From an uncultured Candidatus Saccharibacteria bacterium (lineage in GTDB: Bacteria; Patescibacteriota; Minisyncoccia; Phycocordibacterales; Phycocordibacteraceae): a stretch of DNA of 61,893 nt. This document shows positions 15,255 to 25,826 of the stretch, one piece after another. Below the pieces are notes generated by a model that saw nothing but the letters and a program-made list of their open reading frames with translations, searched no databases and had not been told where the DNA came from. The stretch spans positions 1-61,893 of the forward strand of contig CAYGGK010000003.1 in NCBI GenBank assembly GCA_964349555.1, in the 5' to 3' direction. The translations under genes and the position numbers were made by a program. How positions within the stretch are numbered: the stretch's first letter is position 1; each line of letters starts with the position of its first letter.

Positions 15255-18200
15255 ATGCGCAAACATATCGTTCAAAAAACCTTCGGTTCGTATCGGGCAC
15301 CTTCGGTGCCGTTTCCGGACCTTGTTGGGCATCAACGCTCCTCGTTCAACTGGCTTCTCAAAGACGGTCTCACGGAACTTTTTAAAGAATTTTCTCCCAT
15401 AAGCGATTATTCGGGGAAGAAGTTTGAATTGCGATTTGAGGGTTTTGAAATTGGAGAACCGAAATATGACGAAGCGTTCGCGCGCGACAATATACGTACC
15501 TACGAAGCGCCGATAAAGGTGACGGTGAAACTCGTGAATAAAACCTTCGGCTCGGAGAAGTCGCAGGAGATTTTTCTCGCAGACATACCGATGATGACGC
15601 CGCACGGCTCGTTTGTCGTCTCGGGAGTGGAGCGAGCTATCGTGCCACAGCTCGCGCGTAGCTTCGGAGCGTTCTTTACCTCGGAGCTCATCCGCGGTAA
15701 GCAGTTCTTCGGCGCCAAGATTATCCCGCTTCGTGGCGTCTGGATAGAGTTTGACTCCGAGGCGGACGGCGCCATTTTCGTTAAGATTGATAGAAAGCGC
15801 AAATTTCCCGTCACGCAACTTCTTACCGTGTTCGGCGGAGGGCTCGGCGAGGCGGTAACGAAGCATTTTGCAAAGGACCCTCTCGCCCTCTCTGCGATTG
15901 CCGCCACACTCAAGCACGACGACGCGAAGTCCGTTGAGGAGGCGTATATCGAGATTCATCGTCGTATGCGTGATGGGGACCTTGCGACGCCGGAGAATGC
16001 GAAGAACTTCGTACAATCACTCTTCTCAGCAGAACGCTACGATATCGGAAAGGTCGGCCGCCACCGCCTCAACGCGCGTTTCGGCCTCCCGGTCACGGAG
16101 AAGGCGCTTGAAAAACATACTCTCTCTCTCGCCGATTTCGTCCGTATCATTTCAGAAATTACAAAATTGAATGCAGATTCTGCCGCGACTCCGGACGACA
16201 TTGACCACCTCGGGTTCCGCCGCGTCCGCTTCGTCGGCGAACTACTCCAGTCCCGCATGCGTGTTGGCATGAGCCGCATGAAGCGCAATATCCAGGACCG
16301 CATGAGTACGATAGAGAGCGAGACGACACTCCCGATGGCGCTCGTTAATCCACGCCCTTTCCACGCATCGGTGCACGAGTTCTTCACCGCCAACCAACTC
16401 TCGCAGTTCATGGACCAGCAGAATACTCTCGCTGAGCTTGAAAACATGCGCACGCTCTCGGCGCTCGGCCCGGGCGGACTCACTCGAGAGCGAGCGGGCT
16501 TTGAGGTACGCGACGTGCATCCTTCCCACTACGGCCGTCTGTGCCCAATTCATACGCCAGAAGGCCAGAACATTGGTCTTATTCTGCGTCTTGCGACGCA
16601 CGCGCGCACGAATGACTTCGGCGTTATAGAAACGCCCTATGTCCGTGTTAAGAACGGCAAAATGACCGACGAAATCGTCTACCTTAACGCGCTTGACGAA
16701 GAGCTTGAATACATCGCACACGGCGCAACCAAGCTTGACGGGCAAGGCCGCATCACACTCGACTCCGTTGAAGCGCGCCATAAGGGCGACCCGATTATCG
16801 TTCCGCGCGAGACGATCACTCTTATAGACTCCTCCACGTACCAGATGTTCTCCATCGCCACCGCGATGATTCCGTTCGTTGACCACGATGACGCGAACCG
16901 CGCTTTGATGGGTTCAAACATGCAGAAGCAGGCCACACCCGTGCTGATTCCGGAGGCTCCGCTTGTTGCCACCGGAATTGAAACACATGCCGCCCGAAGC
17001 ACTGGCCGCCTCGTGCTTGCCGAAGAATCCGGCGAAATAACGCATGTAGACGCACGCAAGGTGACAGTGAAAAATAAAGAAGGGAAGTCTAAAGAATACC
17101 GCCTGCAGGGACTTACCCAGACCAATCAAAACTCCGCATTCATGCAGAGGCCTTCCGTGATGCTCGGCGACAAGGTGAAGAAAGGCGACGTCCTCGCCGA
17201 TAACTCCTCTACCGACCAAGGCCAGCTCGCACTCGGCCAGAATGTGCGCGTTGCGTTTATGAGCTGGAACGGCGCGAACTACGAAGACGCCATCATTATT
17301 TCCGAGCGGTTGGTGCAAGAGGCTAAATTCACCACAGTACATATTGAAGATTTTGACTGCGTGGTGCGCGACACGAAGCTCGGTCCCGAGACGACGACGC
17401 ATGATATTCCGAATGTCGGCGAGATGCGATTAAAAAACCTCGATGAGGAGGGCGTTATCCGCATCGGCGCCGAAGTGCGCCCCGGCGACATCCTCGTCGG
17501 CAAGGTGACGCCGAAGGGTGAAACCCAACTCACGCCTGAAGAGCGACTCCTCCGCTCTATTTTCGGCGATAAGGCTAAAGACGTGAAAGACACCAGTCTT
17601 CGTATGGAGGGCGGCAAGCGCGGGAGAGTCATCGGCGTTCGAGTGTTCAGTCGCGAGAAGGGCGACCAGCTGGAGACTGGCATTATCAAAAAGATCGTGG
17701 TGACGGTCGCGCAGGTGCGTAATGTCTCGGTCGGCGACAAGCTCGCGGGGCGCCACGGCAACAAGGGTGTTATCTCGCGCGTTCTTCCTGTTGAAGACAT
17801 GCCGTACGACAAAGACGGCAACCCGGTGGATCTCATTCTCACGCCGCTCGGCGTTCCTTCTCGTATGAATCTCGGACAGATTCTGGAGATGCATCTTGGG
17901 CTTGCGGCGCACACGCTCGGGTATCAGGCAATCGTTCCTCCCTTCAATGGCGCGACCGCCGACGAGATTCGCAGTGAGCTTGAAGCGGCGGGCTTTGACA
18001 GAGGAGGCAAGATGCAACTCTACGACGGACGTTCGGGCGACGCTTTCGCTCAAACGATCGCCGTTGGTTACATGTATATTCTTAAACTGCATCACATGGT
18101 GGAAGATAAAATCCATATGCGCTCCATCGGCCCGTACAGCCTCATCACCCAACAGCCGCTCGGCGGCAAGGCGCAGAACGGAGGCCAGCGTTTCGGTGAA

Positions 18201-18431
18201 ATGGAAGTGTGGGCCCTGCTCGGTTATGGTGCCGCATACACGCTTCGCGAGATGCTTACCATCAAGTCGGACGACATTCACGGCAGAAGTGCCGCCTTTG
18301 ATGCGATAGTGAAGGGTGAGCCGATTAGTCACGTCGGCACTCCCGCTTCTTTCGCAGTCCTTACGAACCAGATTCGCGGCCTCGCGCTCGACATCGAGCC
18401 CTTGAACTTGCCGCCAGAGCCAGACGCATAG
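15255..18431 (+). CDS. rpoB: DNA-directed RNA polymerase beta subunit
   Basis: Conserved beta motifs throughout (GRHGNKGVISR, GGQRFGEMEVWAL). Start is set at ATG 15255. Confidence 0.97.
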   Translation: MRKHIVQKTFGSYRAPSVPFPDLVGHQRSSFNWLLKDGLTELFKEFSPISDYSGKKFELRFEGFEIGEPKYDEAFARDNIRTYEAPIKVTVKLVNKTFGSEKSQEIFLADIPMMTPHGSFVVSGVERAIVPQLARSFGAFFTSELIRGKQFFGAKIIPLRGVWIEFDSEADGAIFVKIDRKRKFPVTQLLTVFGGGLGEAVTKHFAKDPLALSAIAATLKHDDAKSVEEAYIEIHRRMRDGDLATPENAKNFVQSLFSAERYDIGKVGRHRLNARFGLPVTEKALEKHTLSLADFVRIISEITKLNADSAATPDDIDHLGFRRVRFVGELLQSRMRVGMSRMKRNIQDRMSTIESETTLPMALVNPRPFHASVHEFFTANQLSQFMDQQNTLAELENMRTLSALGPGGLTRERAGFEVRDVHPSHYGRLCPIHTPEGQNIGLILRLATHARTNDFGVIETPYVRVKNGKMTDEIVYLNALDEELEYIAHGATKLDGQGRITLDSVEARHKGDPIIVPRETITLIDSSTYQMFSIATAMIPFVDHDDANRALMGSNMQKQATPVLIPEAPLVATGIETHAARSTGRLVLAEESGEITHVDARKVTVKNKEGKSKEYRLQGLTQTNQNSAFMQRPSVMLGDKVKKGDVLADNSSTDQGQLALGQNVRVAFMSWNGANYEDAIIISERLVQEAKFTTVHIEDFDCVVRDTKLGPETTTHDIPNVGEMRLKNLDEEGVIRIGAEVRPGDILVGKVTPKGETQLTPEERLLRSIFGDKAKDVKDTSLRMEGGKRGRVIGVRVFSREKGDQLETGIIKKIVVTVAQVRNVSVGDKLAGRHGNKGVISRVLPVEDMPYDKDGNPVDLILTPLGVPSRMNLGQILEMHLGLAAHTLGYQAIVPPFNGATADEIRSELEAAGFDRGGKMQLYDGRSGDAFAQTIAVGYMYILKLHHMVEDKIHMRSIGPYSLITQQPLGGKAQNGGQRFGEMEVWALLGYGAAYTLREMLTIKSDDIHGRSAAFDAIVKGEPISHVGTPASFAVLTNQIRGLALDIEPLNLPPEPDA

Positions 18432-18464
18432 GCACTCTACCAACTACACTATTAACTTCTTATT

Positions 18465-21400
18465 ATGGCACCTATTCTACGCAAAAATTTCTCCTCGCGT
18501 CTGCCTGTCGGTAAACAAGACACCTGGAATGCTCTTCGTCTCGCCCTCGCCTCGCCAGAGCGCATTCTTGCTTGGTCCTCCGGCGAGGTGACCAAGCCGG
18601 AGACCATCAACTATCGCACTCAGCGGAGCGAGAAGCATGGCCTCTTTGACGAAAAAATCTTCGGTCCGGAGAAGGATTACGAATGTTATTGCGGTAAGTA
18701 CAAAGGCATTCGGTACAAGGGTATTGTCTGCGACAAATGCGGCGTTGAGATTACGCGCTCAATCGTCCGGCGGGAGAGGATGGGCCACATAGAACTCTGC
18801 ACACCGGTCGCGCATATTTGGTTTCTGCGCAGTGTGCCGTCGAGGATGGCGCTCCTCCTTGGCGCCTCCGCTACGGATATTGAGAAGGTTGTCTACTTCG
18901 CCGGATACATCGTGTCTCGGATTGCGGAAGAAGAAAAGAAACGCCTTCTCGCTGATCTTGAGAGCGAATATAAGTCTAAGTACAAGTCGCTCAACTCCGA
19001 CAAGGAGCGCGACGCTCTCAAGGAAAAAATGACACTCTCCAAGGCGGAGATTGAAGGCGTTGTGGTGGGCAGGGTTCTCGATGAGCTCGAGTATCACCGC
19101 TTCTCGGTGAAGTACGGCGGACTTTTTGAGGCGCGCATCGGGGCTGAAGCTATCTATGATCTTTTCTGCAAGTTGGATTTGAAAGAGTTGGAGAGGACTC
19201 TTTCAGCGCGCTATGTGCACGCCGGCGTCGCCGAGCGCGAGAAGCTCGCGAAGCGCCTCTCGCTTATCGCAGGGTTTATCGCCTCTAAAGTGCGCCCGGA
19301 ATGGCTCTTCCTCACGCGCATTCCGGTTATTCCGCCGGCGCTCCGGCCGATGGTCGCGCTCGAAGGCGGTCGCCACGCGACCTCCGACGTAAATGACCTC
19401 TATCGCAGAGTCATCAATCGCAACAACCGCTTGAAGAAACTTATTGATATCCACGCACCGGAGGTTATTCTGCGCAACGAGAAACGTATTCTTCAAGAGG
19501 CGGTGGATGCGCTCCTTGATAACTCAATCAAAAAGAGCGGAGCCTCTGCCGGCGCCATGACGCTCGCACAGCGCCGCCCGCTCAAGTCGCTCGCCGATTA
19601 TCTGAAGGGCAAGCAAGGCTATTTCCGTCAGAACCTGCTCGGCAAACGCGTTGACTACTCGGGACGTTCGGTTATTGTCGTCGGCCCCGACCTAGAACTT
19701 GACGAGTGCGGTCTGCCTAAGCACATGGCGCTCGAGCTCTTCCGCCCGTTCGTCATTGCCGGGCTCCTTGAACGTGAGCTCGCTTTTAACATTCGCGGGG
19801 CAGGTCGCCTCGTTGAAGATGGGGTCGCTGAAGTGTGGGAAATTCTTGAAGAGGCGATTGCCGGCAAGTACGTGCTTCTTAACCGCGCGCCGACGCTCCA
19901 CCGCCAAGGCATTCAGGCGTTCCGTCCGCGTCTTATTGAAGGCGACGCTATACAGCTCCATCCGCTCGTCTGCAACGCGTTCAACGCGGACTTCGACGGC
20001 GACGCGATGACTGTGCATGTCCCGTTATCAGAGGAGGCTCAGTGGGAAGCGAAGAATATCATGAGTGCGAATAAAAACATCCTGAAGCCTGGGTCGGGCG
20101 ATATGATCGTTCTCACCGGCAAGCCGCAGGATATCATTCTCGGCGTCTATTGGCTTACGAAGGCAATCGAAAAGGCAAAAGGTGAAGGCGAGTACTTCGC
20201 ATCGCCAAACGCGGCGATTCTCGCGTCAGAGTACGATGCGATAGACCTGCGCGCAAAGATCAAGGTGCTCCCCGTGTCCGGCAAGGAGAAGTACGCGGCG
20301 TTTGACGGCCGTCCGTTTGAGACAACCGTCGGCAGACTCCTCTTCAACACAGTTCTCCCCGCCGATCACCCATTTATCAATGAAACCATCAACAAGAAAG
20401 TGCTCGCCAGAATCATGGCCGACTGCATCAAGCAGTACGGCCTTGACGCCGTGCCGGACATCGTGAACAAGGTGAAGCGTTTCGGCTTCGACTACGCGAC
20501 TCGTTCAGGCATTTCGTGGGCTATGAATGATGTCTCGGTACCAGAGAAGAAACAGCACATTATTGCCGAGGCCGTTGCCAAAGTCGCCGCCGTAGAAAAG
20601 GACTACCGAAACGGCCTTCTTTCAGAAGAGGAGAAGCGTCGCATGGCCATTGAAATATGGCAGGGGACGAAACAAGAAGTTGAAGAGCAGGTGGCTCTTG
20701 AACTGGACCCGATGGGTTCGGCCGCCGACATGATAAAAAGCGGAGCTCGCGGAACGCTCGGCAACCTTACGCAGATGTCCGGTATGAAGGGACTCATTCA
20801 GGACACTTCCGGCAAGACCATTGAGGTGCCGATTATCTCCTCAATGATAGAAGGACTGAACCCCATTGAGTACTTCATGAGTACGCATGGCGCGCGTAAG
20901 GGCCTTACCGACACCGCGCTCGGTACCGCTCGAGCGGGGTATCTTACCCGCCGTCTCTTTGACGTCGCGCAAGATTCTATAGTAACCGAGAAAGACTGCG
21001 GCACCGAGAGAGGAGTAAAAATCAATCGAATCAGCGCGTCCGGCATCCAGATTAACTATGCCGAAGCTCTCCGCGGCAGAGTGCTCGCGGAATCTGTCAG
21101 CGGTAATTTTTCCGCCGTAGGCGGACCAGCCTCAGGCTGGAAGAAAGGGCACTACCTCTCTGCAGAAGATGCTCAGGTGCTTGACGCCTCTCCAGTCGCC
21201 ACTATTGTGTCGCGCTCTCCCATGTCCTGCGAAACGCGCTACGGCATCTGTCAGGTCTGCTATGGTATGGACCTCACGACGCAAGAAATTATCGACCTCG
21301 GTGAGGCGGTCGGCACTGTCGCAGCGCAGGCCATCGGCGAGCCGGGTACCCAGCTCACTATGCGAACCTTCCACGCTGGAGGCGTCGCGTCAATCGGCGG

Positions 21401-22232
21401 AGACATCACGAGCGGCTTGCCTCGCGTTGAAGAAGTGTTTGAGAAGCGCTCCCCGAAGAATCCGGCGGTTATCTCCAAGTCCGACGGCATCGTCGCCGAG
21501 ATTAAGGAGGAGGGCCGAGAGAAGGTTATCGTTGTCGCTCCGTCGGCGGGACAGGGCAAGAAGGACGGCTCGGCCTACGAATATCTCGCGCCGTATCCGC
21601 GCGTTCCGCTCGTTAAAGAGGGCGACACTGTCGTGAAGGGACAAATTCTCACCGACGGCTCGGCTGATTTGGACGACCTTTTTGAGTATGCGGGTCGCGC
21701 GATGGTGCAAGAATATATCATCACCGAAGCGTCCAAAATTTACGAGATGCAGGGCGCATCCGTATCACGTAAGCATCTTGAAGTCATCGTGAAGCAGATG
21801 TTCTCGCGCGTGAAGATCACGGACGCGGGCGACACGGACTATTCGGTCGGCGACGTCGTGGAAGATTGGGAAATCGTGAAGGCGGTCAAGGAAATGGAAG
21901 ACGCGGGGAAGATGGCTCCGCAATCGCGCGAGATAGTGCTCGGCATTAAGGAAAGCGCTCTTTCTCGCCGTTCGTTCCTCTCGGCGGCGTCCTTCGAGCA
22001 GACGACGAAAATTCTCATCAACGCCGCGCTTCGCGGGAGCGTGGACCGCTTGCGCGGATTGAAGGAGAACGTCATTCTCGGACGCCTTATCCCCTCGGGC
22101 ACTGGCTTTGCAGGAAGCAAGAAACACGCTCACATCGAGAAGCTCCAAGCTTCTCGTCCTGCGCCTTCGCTTCCTTCGCGCACTACCTCGTTCGCTCCGC
22201 GCACTCCGCGCACTCCCCGCGCTCTCTCGTAA
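18465..22232 (+). CDS. rpoC: DNA-directed RNA polymerase beta' subunit
   Basis: Has the zinc motif [13 protein letters not shown], the catalytic NADFDGD and the trigger-loop region; 1255 aa. Confidence 0.97.
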   Translation: MAPILRKNFSSRLPVGKQDTWNALRLALASPERILAWSSGEVTKPETINYRTQRSEKHGLFDEKIFGPEKDYECYCGKYKGIRYKGIVCDKCGVEITRSIVRRERMGHIELCTPVAHIWFLRSVPSRMALLLGASATDIEKVVYFAGYIVSRIAEEEKKRLLADLESEYKSKYKSLNSDKERDALKEKMTLSKAEIEGVVVGRVLDELEYHRFSVKYGGLFEARIGAEAIYDLFCKLDLKELERTLSARYVHAGVAEREKLAKRLSLIAGFIASKVRPEWLFLTRIPVIPPALRPMVALEGGRHATSDVNDLYRRVINRNNRLKKLIDIHAPEVILRNEKRILQEAVDALLDNSIKKSGASAGAMTLAQRRPLKSLADYLKGKQGYFRQNLLGKRVDYSGRSVIVVGPDLELDECGLPKHMALELFRPFVIAGLLERELAFNIRGAGRLVEDGVAEVWEILEEAIAGKYVLLNRAPTLHRQGIQAFRPRLIEGDAIQLHPLVCNAFNADFDGDAMTVHVPLSEEAQWEAKNIMSANKNILKPGSGDMIVLTGKPQDIILGVYWLTKAIEKAKGEGEYFASPNAAILASEYDAIDLRAKIKVLPVSGKEKYAAFDGRPFETTVGRLLFNTVLPADHPFINETINKKVLARIMADCIKQYGLDAVPDIVNKVKRFGFDYATRSGISWAMNDVSVPEKKQHIIAEAVAKVAAVEKDYRNGLLSEEEKRRMAIEIWQGTKQEVEEQVALELDPMGSAADMIKSGARGTLGNLTQMSGMKGLIQDTSGKTIEVPIISSMIEGLNPIEYFMSTHGARKGLTDTALGTARAGYLTRRLFDVAQDSIVTEKDCGTERGVKINRISASGIQINYAEALRGRVLAESVSGNFSAVGGPASGWKKGHYLSAEDAQVLDASPVATIVSRSPMSCETRYGICQVCYGMDLTTQEIIDLGEAVGTVAAQAIGEPGTQLTMRTFHAGGVASIGGDITSGLPRVEEVFEKRSPKNPAVISKSDGIVAEIKEEGREKVIVVAPSAGQGKKDGSAYEYLAPYPRVPLVKEGDTVVKGQILTDGSADLDDLFEYAGRAMVQEYIITEASKIYEMQGASVSRKHLEVIVKQMFSRVKITDAGDTDYSVGDVVEDWEIVKAVKEMEDAGKMAPQSREIVLGIKESALSRRSFLSAASFEQTTKILINAALRGSVDRLRGLKENVILGRLIPSGTGFAGSKKHAHIEKLQASRPAPSLPSRTTSFAPRTPRTPRALS

Positions 22233-22254
22233 CAAGGTGCTATAATCACTGCCT

Positions 22255-22974
22255 ATGGACAATAAAATAAACGACAAATACTTTTTACCGGCGACCGTTA
22301 TAATCGCGGGGCTTCTTATCGCCGGCTCAATTGTGTGGAATGGTATGCGCCCCGTGGATTCGACCCTTCAAGACATTTCAGGGCAGGCAGGCTCACCACA
22401 GGCTGGCACCGCGTCTAAGGTGAACGTTAAGAACATTAAGACTGACGGGAATCCTTTCATCGGGAAAATGAGCGCGCCGGTGACCATAGTCGTGTGGGGC
22501 GACTTCCAGTGCCCTTTTTGCAAACGGTTTGAGACCGAAACCCTGCCGCTTATCGTGAAGGAGTATGTGGAGAAAGGGAGCGTGAAAGTCGTCTTCTTGG
22601 ATTTTGCATTCTTGGGTCCCGACTCAATTACCGCGGGCGAATATAATCGCGCGATCTGGAAGCTCCATCCGGAAAAATATGCCGAGTGGCGCGCCGCGAT
22701 GTATAAAGCCCAAGATGCTGAGCACGGAGGGTTCGGCAACGCCGCTTCTATCGACAAGCTAAACGCGACGATTCCCGGTGTTGACGCGGCGAAGGTTGCC
22801 GCTGATGTGAAGGCGAATGCGAGCGCATATCAGGCAATGATGGATGCCGACAAGAACGAGGCACAAAAGGTCGGCGTGGACGCAACCCCCTCCTTCGTCA
22901 TCGGTGCGCAAGTCATAAAGGGCGCTTATCCGTATCCGACGTTCCAGGCGGCGATAGACGCCGCTCTTAAGTAG
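22255..22974 (+). CDS. DsbA-family thiol:disulfide oxidoreductase, N-terminally anchored
   Basis: A TM helix is followed by a thioredoxin fold with WGDFQCPFCKRF (CxxC). Confidence 0.8.
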   Translation: MDNKINDKYFLPATVIIAGLLIAGSIVWNGMRPVDSTLQDISGQAGSPQAGTASKVNVKNIKTDGNPFIGKMSAPVTIVVWGDFQCPFCKRFETETLPLIVKEYVEKGSVKVVFLDFAFLGPDSITAGEYNRAIWKLHPEKYAEWRAAMYKAQDAEHGGFGNAASIDKLNATIPGVDAAKVAADVKANASAYQAMMDADKNEAQKVGVDATPSFVIGAQVIKGAYPYPTFQAAIDAALK

Positions 22975-23033
22975 TTGTTACTATATACAAATCGTACGGA
23001 GCGAACGGTGAACGCTCGGGTATACTAGAAGAG

Positions 23034-25820
23034 ATGGAATCAACGCCGAAGTTGTCTACGCCGGAGGAGGAGCTCGCGTACCTGCGCGAGCAAGTCGCGC
23101 GTAAAGAGGCGGAGCTCTCTAAAAATTCCTTAGCTACCGACACACAGAGCGAACAAGCGACGATTATTTCGGAGACCATTCACGAGCATCACGACGCTCC
23201 CGCCGAGATACTCGCAAGCGGATACCGCATCAGCGAAGCCACGGCTAGGAGCGAGGCAGAAGCGATACTCGCCGAGCTGAATCTCGGCGGGAGCGAGCAA
23301 GCAGTTAAGAGTCTTGGGCAGACGATGGAGGAGAAGGGAATTAAGAACGCGCTTTCGGTGCTTGAGAAGCTCCATGACCCGCATGTTGCCGACGACTTTC
23401 ATCGGTACCTTGTCCGGTATATTGCCTCTGGCCTTGTCGCAAAAGGAATTGACGAGAAAGCGCCGCGTTTCCGGGCGCTCCGGATGACGCTCTACGAAAT
23501 AGCCCTCCCAGAGCCGAAGAATGCAGAGCCGAATGCTCGTGCGAAGACGCTTAAAGAACTCGTCTCCAGCATGGAGCAATTCTACGCAGGGCTCCTTTCG
23601 GTTGAAAAGGCTGAGGGCGGCGAGCCGCATTACTACGCGCTCGAGCTCGCGGTGCCTGCCGATAACCCCGAGCTCCAGTTCTACGCGGCGGTCCCCAACA
23701 GCAAATGCAATCTTTTTGAAAAACAAATTCTCGCCATATTTCCCGACGCGCATTTGGTACCCCAACCGTACGACTACAACGTATTCGCTACGGGAGGGAC
23801 GTCGCTTGCATCGACAGCGCGCTTTACCGAGAATCCGGCGCTTCCGCTTAAAGACTACACAGACTTTGACTACGATCCTATTAATGCGATTACGAACGCA
23901 TTTGCGAAGATAGAACATACTGGTGAAGGGGCGGCGCTTCAGATTATTATTGAGCCGCGCGGCGAGCGGCATGTGAAGCATTACCGGAAGATTCTTCAGG
24001 CCCTTCGTAAAGGCGAGAAACGTTTAACCGCGTTTAGTACGCCTGAGACCGCCCTCGGCGAGTTCGCGCGCGAAATCGGTACCACGCTCTTTTCAAGCAA
24101 GCCGAAGGATGTGCAGAAGGCGAAGGAGGCCGAGACGCGGCAGGTAGAGGCGAACAAGACGCACATTGAGCAGGTGGAAAAGAAGATCGCGTCGCCTATT
24201 GTCGGAACCACGATTCGGCTCATCGCCTCGGGGAGCGACGCGCACAAGGCTGAGCAGGTTCTTGGTGAGCTTGAAGCGGCTTTTAATCAGTTCGCGAATA
24301 CGCAGGGGAATCGACTTGAATTTACGCGGTCAAACGTTCGACAAGCCGCGCGCGCCTTCGAAAATTTCTCATTCCGTCTTCCCGACGCTACGGCGCTCCC
24401 TCTGTCGCTACGCGAACTCACCACTATCTATCACTTTCCGCCCTCCGGCATCGGGTCATCGCCTCACTTGAAACAGGCGCGCTTTACTCATGCGTCCGCT
24501 CCGCTCTCCCTCCCGCATCCGCCCCCGGGAGAAGGTGTCCTGCTCGGCACCAACACTTATCGTAACCAGCAAACCGCGATTTATCTGGAACCCGAGGATC
24601 GTCTGCGTCACCTCTACATAATCGGTCAGACAGGTACCGGTAAAACGGGACTGATGAAATCAATGATTATTCAGGACATTAAAAACGGCGAAGGATGTTG
24701 CTTCATTGACCCACACGGCACCGACATTTTAGACATCCTTGCCGCGGTGCCGCCCGAGCGGTATCAGGATGTTATCTACTTTGACCCGGCCGATCTCGCG
24801 CGCCCATTCGCACTTAACTTCTTGGAATACGACCTCTCGCGTCCGGAGCAGAAAACCTTCATCATCAACGAACTCTTGATGATTTTCCGTCGGCTCTACG
24901 GCGACGTGCCCGAGAGTATGGGGCCAGCCTTTGAACAGTATTTCCGCAATGCGACACAGCTCGTGATGGAGGATCCAGCAAGCGGGTCGACCATTTTGGA
25001 CATCGCGCGCGTGCTCTCCAACAGTGAGTTTCGCCGAGAAAAGCTCGCGAAGAGCATGAACCCGATCGTCAATCAATTTTGGCAGGAAATAGCGACGAAG
25101 GCCGGCGGGGAAGCGTCTCTGGAGAACATCGTCCCTTACATCACCAACAAATTTGACGACTTTACCGCCAACGACTTCATTCGTCCGATTATCGGCCAGC
25201 AGGAATCTTCCTTTAAGTTCCGCGAGGTGATGGACACAAAGAAAATTCTTCTCATCAACCTTTCCAAGGGGCGTCTCGGCGAGAAGAACGCAAACCTGCT
25301 CGGTCTCATCATCGTCGGGAAGCTCTTTATGGCGGCGCTCTCCCGCGCTGACTCTCCGCGCGTGGAGCACCCGCCGTTTTACCTCTACATCGACGAGTTC
25401 CAAAACATTACGACCGACTCCATCCCCGGCATCCTCTCTGAAGCGCGCAAGTACAAGCTCTCGCTCTCCGTGGCGCACCAGTTTCTCTCACAAGTAGATG
25501 AAAAGACGCGTAACGCTGTGTTCGGCAACGTGGGCAATATGGCAGTCTTCCGCACCGGCGAAGAAGATGCGGAGTTTTTCGCGAAGCAGTTCGCGCCGGT
25601 CTTCACCGCGCTTGACTTCGTCAACTTGGAGACGAGAAACGCATACATGAAGATTCTCGCGAAAGGCATTCCGCAAAAGCCGTTTGACATGAAGACAGCA
25701 GACTTGCCGTCCTTAAACCATGCACAAACGGACGACCTCATCCACCTCTCATCCCTGACATATGGACGGGACCGTGCTACCGTTGAAAGCATGATTCGCG
25801 AGCGCTACCTTACGCGTTGA
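23034..25820 (+). CDS. FtsK/HerA-superfamily ATPase resembling type IV coupling proteins (TraD/VirD4-like), with a large novel N-terminal region
   Basis: Has Walker A GQTGTGKTG, Walker B FYLYIDEFQN and the T4CP-like tail EARKYKLSLSVAHQFLSQ. No TM segment was seen. The N-terminal ~500 aa are unassigned. Confidence 0.7.
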   Translation: MESTPKLSTPEEELAYLREQVARKEAELSKNSLATDTQSEQATIISETIHEHHDAPAEILASGYRISEATARSEAEAILAELNLGGSEQAVKSLGQTMEEKGIKNALSVLEKLHDPHVADDFHRYLVRYIASGLVAKGIDEKAPRFRALRMTLYEIALPEPKNAEPNARAKTLKELVSSMEQFYAGLLSVEKAEGGEPHYYALELAVPADNPELQFYAAVPNSKCNLFEKQILAIFPDAHLVPQPYDYNVFATGGTSLASTARFTENPALPLKDYTDFDYDPINAITNAFAKIEHTGEGAALQIIIEPRGERHVKHYRKILQALRKGEKRLTAFSTPETALGEFAREIGTTLFSSKPKDVQKAKEAETRQVEANKTHIEQVEKKIASPIVGTTIRLIASGSDAHKAEQVLGELEAAFNQFANTQGNRLEFTRSNVRQAARAFENFSFRLPDATALPLSLRELTTIYHFPPSGIGSSPHLKQARFTHASAPLSLPHPPPGEGVLLGTNTYRNQQTAIYLEPEDRLRHLYIIGQTGTGKTGLMKSMIIQDIKNGEGCCFIDPHGTDILDILAAVPPERYQDVIYFDPADLARPFALNFLEYDLSRPEQKTFIINELLMIFRRLYGDVPESMGPAFEQYFRNATQLVMEDPASGSTILDIARVLSNSEFRREKLAKSMNPIVNQFWQEIATKAGGEASLENIVPYITNKFDDFTANDFIRPIIGQQESSFKFREVMDTKKILLINLSKGRLGEKNANLLGLIIVGKLFMAALSRADSPRVEHPPFYLYIDEFQNITTDSIPGILSEARKYKLSLSVAHQFLSQVDEKTRNAVFGNVGNMAVFRTGEEDAEFFAKQFAPVFTALDFVNLETRNAYMKILAKGIPQKPFDMKTADLPSLNHAQTDDLIHLSSLTYGRDRATVESMIRERYLTR

Positions 25821-25826
25821 TGACGT

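Noticed and set aside
21111-21140. Two adjacent 6-bp mini-palindromes in rpoC (TCCGCC-GTA-GGCGGA and CCAGCC-TCA-GGCTGG).
   Set aside because: The arms are short enough to arise by chance in GC-rich coding DNA. I noted them only as weak support for the palindrome theme.
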